This document shows, piece after piece, positions 64,000 to 64,000 of a stretch of DNA of 64,000 nucleotides (position 1 is its first letter; every line of letters begins with the position of its first letter). The position numbers were made by a program, and so were the translations under genes. The stretch covers positions 261,165 through 325,164 of the forward strand of contig JBAZJY010000001.1 in the NCBI GenBank assembly GCA_041651115.1, in the 5' to 3' direction. Under the pieces are notes generated by a model. It saw only the letters and a list, made by a program, of their open reading frames with translations. It was not told the DNA's origin and ran no database searches. The stretch comes from Candidatus Omnitrophota bacterium. GTDB lineage: Bacteria > Omnitrophota > Gorgyraeia > Gygaellales > Profunditerraquicolaceae.

Positions 64000-64000
64000 A

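Overview
This 64-kb window comes from an apparently uncultivated bacterium of moderate GC. All of the roughly 45 CDS and 5 tRNAs I can support lie on the + strand, and every minus-strand ORF in the track looks like an antisense shadow. The backbone is housekeeping. It includes the pilQ secretin 3' part, rng with a DUF2344-like partner, ftsH, folP, cdaA, pdxJ, acpS, an NAD(P)HX dehydratase and tRNA-Thr/Tyr. These are followed by two tandem secreted paralogs, tRNA-Gly, a ThyA-like gene, PilZ and gpsA. Downstream lie tRNA-Pro, a second PilZ, hom, thrC, coaB, archaeal-type apgM, lysC, leuA/cimA, valS, nadC, a HEAT-repeat protein, uvrB, coaX and groES/groEL with a perfect CIRCE operator. Further on are an IMPDH-family gene, guaA, dnaE, HU, hisS, a GAD-less aspS and a LysM lipoprotein. 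The window ends with phoH, a pgpH-like 7TM-HD gene, ybeY, recO and the 5' part of panE. Two accessory regions stand out. The first is 36.9-50.1 kb, where two tandem giant genes of 2458 and 1945 aa share an N-terminal ~395-aa signal-peptide-bearing domain and a C-terminal ~110-aa domain but differ in their cores. About 1.2 kb of DNA at their 5' ends is near-identical. The first gene fuses a transaldolase, an alpha-D-phosphohexomutase and a cupin-type phosphoglucose isomerase, and in both proteins the modules are separated by a recurring SSP[V/L/I] motif. The second gene starts inside the stop region of the first and is read through a perfect terminator hairpin. This looks like an undescribed modular polyprotein system. 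The second region is a roughly 5.5-kb AT-rich island at 13.3-18.8 kb, between gpsA and tRNA-Pro. It encodes only hypothetical membrane or coiled-coil proteins, one with a HEPN-like Rx4H motif and one with a bPH_2 domain, and it carries a candidate structured RNA. Several palindromic repeat families are also visible. A 75-nt nested-hairpin element sits in-frame inside coaX and again after groEL. A TAGGTGATAGG-type element sits twice inside nadC and again between guaA and dnaE. There is a telomere-like TTAGGG/TTAAGG inverted repeat. A roughly 45-nt two-hairpin leader motif with compensatory stem changes lies upstream of a PilZ gene and of the LysM lipoprotein gene. No CRISPR array, transposase or integrase was found.
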